A stretch of DNA of 64,000 nt from positions 1,820 through 65,819 of the forward strand of contig JASJCW010000006.1 in NCBI GenBank assembly GCA_030065265.1, given 5' to 3'. This stretch comes from Prochloraceae cyanobacterium (lineage in GTDB: Bacteria > Cyanobacteriota > Cyanobacteriia > Cyanobacteriales > JASJDA01). The notes below the pieces were generated by a model. The model was not told where the DNA came from and ran no database searches. It saw only the letters and a list, made by a program, of their open reading frames with translations. Each line of letters starts with the position of its first letter. The first letter of the stretch is position 1. Of this stretch, positions 61,334 to 64,000 are shown one piece after another. Both the position numbers and the translations under genes were made by a program.

Positions 61334-63139
61334 TCAAAACGGCAAGTCGAGCCCCACCACGTCACCAAATTTATTTTTAATTAACTCGTATCCTTCTTTT
61401 TCAGCAGTAGCGATCGCATTAGGTCTCAGAATATCATCCTGTAATTCTCTTTTAAGGCGATCGAGTTTCTCATTCAATAATTGCGAGCGAGATTTTTTAG
61501 GTTCTGTTTTTAACCCCTTACCAAAGTTGCTCCGAAACTTAGCTAATTTCTCTTTTAAAGCTTGCATCTGTTCTGTAGTAGCTGGATTGTCGTCTTTCTC
61601 AGGTTTCCAGGGCTTATAAGCTTCAGCGTTGTTTACAGCTCCATATTCATCTGTAGGCAATGATGCTATGCTTTTATTATTATCATTGATAGTTGCCCGA
61701 TCGCTCTTAATCTCCTCTTGAGCAATCGGTTTTTTAGTTTCTACAAGAATTCGGTTTTGTTGAACTTCTGATAATGGAGCAACAGAATTAGTATTTTGTT
61801 GCAATCCTTTATCCTCATAGGACATCTCTGGGGGCAATGGTTTGGCAACAGCCCGAACATTATTTTTAAGTTCTTTCTCTTCTTCAATGCCAACTGTGCA
61901 GCCGTGGGAGAGCCTTAAATCGGCATTCTCATACTTAGCCAAATAAGTCTCGCTATATTGCTCCCATCGAATAACTAGCTTACTCAAATCGTTCTTGTAG
62001 TAAGCCAATACGTTCGCTTTGGCTTCGTATTTATCCTTACAATCAAATCGCTCCATCCACCAACTGACAGACCACTTGACAAACTCAGGATCTAATTTTC
62101 CTGGCTCCGTACACCAAACGCCGTCGGGAATCCAGTTCAAAGCTTCTTGCAACCTGTCCATATTCGTTTGTTTCGGATTCGCCGCGCGATGTTTCAATTT
62201 TCTTTCAAACGTACTACACGCGGAGTAAACTTCCCTTTGGGATAAATTCGGATTTGCCACGATAGCGGTGGTAGTTTCTTTATCCGAAGTCGATACGGTT
62301 TCGGTTTGTTGGTCTATTGTTTCAGCTTCAACTAATTGGCTTGTTTGCTCTTGTTTAAATTCCTCAACCTTTGTATTTGTCTCCTCGTTATCTAGCCAAA
62401 AATCTTCCAAATTTTCTTGCTCGCTCTTAGAGTATGAAAAGTCTGGATTAGTCTGTATAGTCTGAGGCGTTCCGCGATCCGTTGGGAGTGCGGGTTTCGG
62501 CGATTGCTCGCGACATTGGTGTCGTGAGTCCGACATTGGTGTCGTGGTGGCGATATTGGTGTCGTGAGACGGGGAAATTTCCCCTAACCCTTGCTGTGTA
62601 TTGACTTCAGCCACTTTTTTATCTATTTTAGGGGATTTTTTCCCTTTTTCCTTTGGTCGATTAGGGAAAATTTCCCCTTCGCCTTGCCCTGCTTTGGTTT
62701 CGGGGTTTGAGGGATTAGGGGATTTTTCCCCTTTCTCTTGCTGTGCCTTGGTTTTAGAGTCTCTTTTGTATTTAAGTCTGTCAGATTCTTGTTTTGCCTT
62801 ATAAGCAGTTAGGTTATGCCCCTGCCATTTAGTAACCCTGTGATCGTACAGTCCGAGTTGTTTTAGTCTGCGCATAGCTCGAACTACCGAGTCTGTATCT
62901 GCACCTATAGCAATAGCTATTTCTGTTGGTGGGGGGATATCTTTGTATATAATGTCGTCCCCTGTTTGAGTGCGATCGCCAAATCGATCGACAATCATCA
63001 AGTAGATCCAAGTACGGCAAAGTATGCCAGAAGCTTTGTCGGCTAGTAAAGCGGCGGCATCTTTACAGCTTGCCATAAAGTAGCCTTCTAGAAAATCATT
63101 CACTTTTATTTCTGGGTAGTTTATTCTTTTAGTCTTCAT
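61334..63139 (-). CDS. replication-initiator-like protein (N-terminal winged-helix-like domain, low-complexity linker carrying iterons)
   Basis: 601 aa. N-terminus ...PPPTEIAIAIGADTDSVVRAMRRLKQLGLY. Position in the replication block and the embedded repeats (62511..62731) suggest a lambda-O-like arrangement. This is an inference. Confidence 0.45.
   Translation of the reverse strand: MKTKRINYPEIKVNDFLEGYFMASCKDAAALLADKASGILCRTWIYLMIVDRFGDRTQTGDDIIYKDIPPPTEIAIAIGADTDSVVRAMRRLKQLGLYDHRVTKWQGHNLTAYKAKQESDRLKYKRDSKTKAQQEKGEKSPNPSNPETKAGQGEGEIFPNRPKEKGKKSPKIDKKVAEVNTQQGLGEISPSHDTNIATTTPMSDSRHQCREQSPKPALPTDRGTPQTIQTNPDFSYSKSEQENLEDFWLDNEETNTKVEEFKQEQTSQLVEAETIDQQTETVSTSDKETTTAIVANPNLSQREVYSACSTFERKLKHRAANPKQTNMDRLQEALNWIPDGVWCTEPGKLDPEFVKWSVSWWMERFDCKDKYEAKANVLAYYKNDLSKLVIRWEQYSETYLAKYENADLRLSHGCTVGIEEEKELKNNVRAVAKPLPPEMSYEDKGLQQNTNSVAPLSEVQQNRILVETKKPIAQEEIKSDRATINDNNKSIASLPTDEYGAVNNAEAYKPWKPEKDDNPATTEQMQALKEKLAKFRSNFGKGLKTEPKKSRSQLLNEKLDRLKRELQDDILRPNAIATAEKEGYELIKNKFGDVVGLDLPF
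62511..62570. repeat. three tandem 20-bp iterons, each with an internal palindrome CGACA-TTGG-TGTCG
   Basis: cgacattggtgtcgtgagtc / cgacattggtgtcgtggtgg / cgatattggtgtcgtgagac, read directly inside the initiator-like ORF. Confidence 0.8.
62571..62731. repeat. four GGGGA(W)nTCCCC boxes adjacent to the iterons
   Basis: ggggaaatttcccc (62571..62584), ggggattttttccc (62631..62644), gggaaaatttcccc (62664..62677), ggggatttttcccc (62718..62731). Confidence 0.75.
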
Positions 63140-64000
63140 CGTATTTCGCAGCAGGAGACCCCCGACTCTGTCGGCGGGAGGAATGCTGCGCCTCCAAGTA
63201 AAAGTTTGCAGATTAATCCGGTAGCGCGTTGCAATAAATGCACTTTGCTACGCGAAAACTGGGCTATGCGTTTCCAGTTAATATCGGATACGGATACTTG
63301 TGTTTTGGTATCTCCAGATACCCAACCGTGATATTGAATACCTTTTTTTTCGGCTTTGACATAATCGCCTTTTCGGAACCCATGACGAGTAACAGTTCCA
63401 CCATATTTTCTTCTTACGCCACCTGGGGCAAAAACCATTAAGTGAAGTTGTCTTCTCGATATAGGTGGACGACGAATTATGGTAAATGGTGCAGACGTAA
63501 TATTTACCTGACCTTGCCAGCAATGACCTCGACCTGAAGAATTTTCAAAGGGGAGATAATCTCTAAATTGACTAGCAGCCAAGACCACGCCATCAACTGC
63601 ATGAGTAGCAGGGACAGCATCTGCTTTTGAGTATTTTTGTTTTTCTAAGCCCAGATGTTTTCTCAGATTAGAGGTTTGCCAACCAAGTTTTGTCACTACT
63701 GGTGCTAATTTTTCTAGCTGTTCGATTGCCCATTTTTGACCAACCATAACAGCAGAAAACCCAATACCTGAACGGGCTTGTTTCCGCCTCGAAGTTAGAT
63801 CGACATCCGCTTTGACGTACTCGTACACAATCGAACTAAGGGGATAAACTTTGCCTAGTTCGGATATGACCCGAATTTCTAACTGACGGTTGGCACGTAT
63901 ACTGGGAGCGACTTTTTTTTGTCTGCGATTATCAAATCGCTTTTGACGATGGGCGCGAGCTTCAAAAGGTAGTTGACGGTTAATTCTTCTGCCTCTCCGA
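63136..64000 (-). CDS. isrB: IsrB-like OMEGA nuclease (IscB family lacking HNH), 5' end beyond the window
   Basis: My translation upstream of the track ORF gives RRGRRINRQLPFEARAHRQKRFDNRRQKKVAPSIRANRQLEIRV (Arg-rich bridge helix). Then YEYVKADVDL (RuvC-II E) and no HNH (no CxxC/H-N-H). Then ATHAVDGVVLAA (RuvC-III). C-terminus is RRQLH...GGVRRKYGG...GFRKGDYV...G.VSG. Confidence 0.75.
   Translation of the reverse strand, partial: RRGRRINRQLPFEARAHRQKRFDNRRQKKVAPSIRANRQLEIRVISELGKVYPLSSIVYEYVKADVDLTSRRKQARSGIGFSAVMVGQKWAIEQLEKLAPVVTKLGWQTSNLRKHLGLEKQKYSKADAVPATHAVDGVVLAASQFRDYLPFENSSGRGHCWQGQVNITSAPFTIIRRPPISRRQLHLMVFAPGGVRRKYGGTVTRHGFRKGDYVKAEKKGIQYHGWVSGDTKTQVSVSDINWKRIAQFSRSKVHLLQRATGLICKLLLGGAAFLPPTESGVSCCEIR
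63148..63189. other. imperfect hairpin at the 3' end of the IsrB element (candidate right-end structure)
   Basis: Outer arms gcagca...tgctgc with inner ccgac-tct-gtcgg. Ends about 10 nt from the ATG (63139) of the initiator-like gene. Confidence 0.45.

Noticed and set aside
60617-61619. Plus-strand ORFs 60617..61102 and 61269..61619.
   Set aside because: They are antisense to the ParB-like and initiator-like genes, S/L/C/F-rich, without motifs, and overlap stronger minus-strand ORFs.

Overview
This 64-kb window looks like a large part of a long-tailed (siphovirus-type) dsDNA phage or prophage of a cyanobacterial host. It is AT-rich by eye, tightly packed with short genes on both strands, and carries many copies of the cyanobacterial HIP1 octamer GCGATCGC. 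No rRNA, tRNA, CRISPR array or integrase was found. Gene modules, left to right: (1) 0-11 kb, small regulators (XRE HTH, RHH and PadR types) and membrane or hypothetical proteins. (2) Large terminase (11432..12877) and a putative portal (14454..15974), separated by a self-contained PadR cassette. (3) 16-24 kb, a mixed block with two DEDD-type exonucleases, a 641-aa multi-HTH protein and a glycosyltransferase-sulfotransferase fusion. (4) A minus-strand operon of six genes (24503..30693), probably tail tip, meeting a tail-fibre-like gene (30694..33174) start codon to start codon. (5) Tail tube, G/GT chaperones with a canonical -1 frameshift site, and a 3123-aa tape measure (35578..44949). (6) Head morphogenesis (MuF-like), scaffold and a P22-like major capsid protein (45748..49376). 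(7) A replication and recombination block (ParB-like, Rad52-like annealase, RecD/Dda-like helicase, circularly permuted C5 methyltransferase, second ParB-like protein, initiator-like protein with iterons inside its own gene). Two OMEGA-type mobile nucleases are present: an intact TnpB element with matched end hairpins (about 990..2325) and an HNH-less IsrB-like gene running off the right edge. The features most worth follow-up are non-coding: a 26-bp palindrome found 8 times, always within 0-7 nt of a stop codon; two paralogous ~330-bp structured-RNA-like elements in inverted orientation bracketing 5.8 kb; a triplicated GC-rich box plus hairpin unit in front of the capsid gene; and several operator-like palindrome families shared between distant promoters. 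Functions rest on motifs I recognise by eye in the supplied translations. No database search was run, and many ORFs remain hypothetical.
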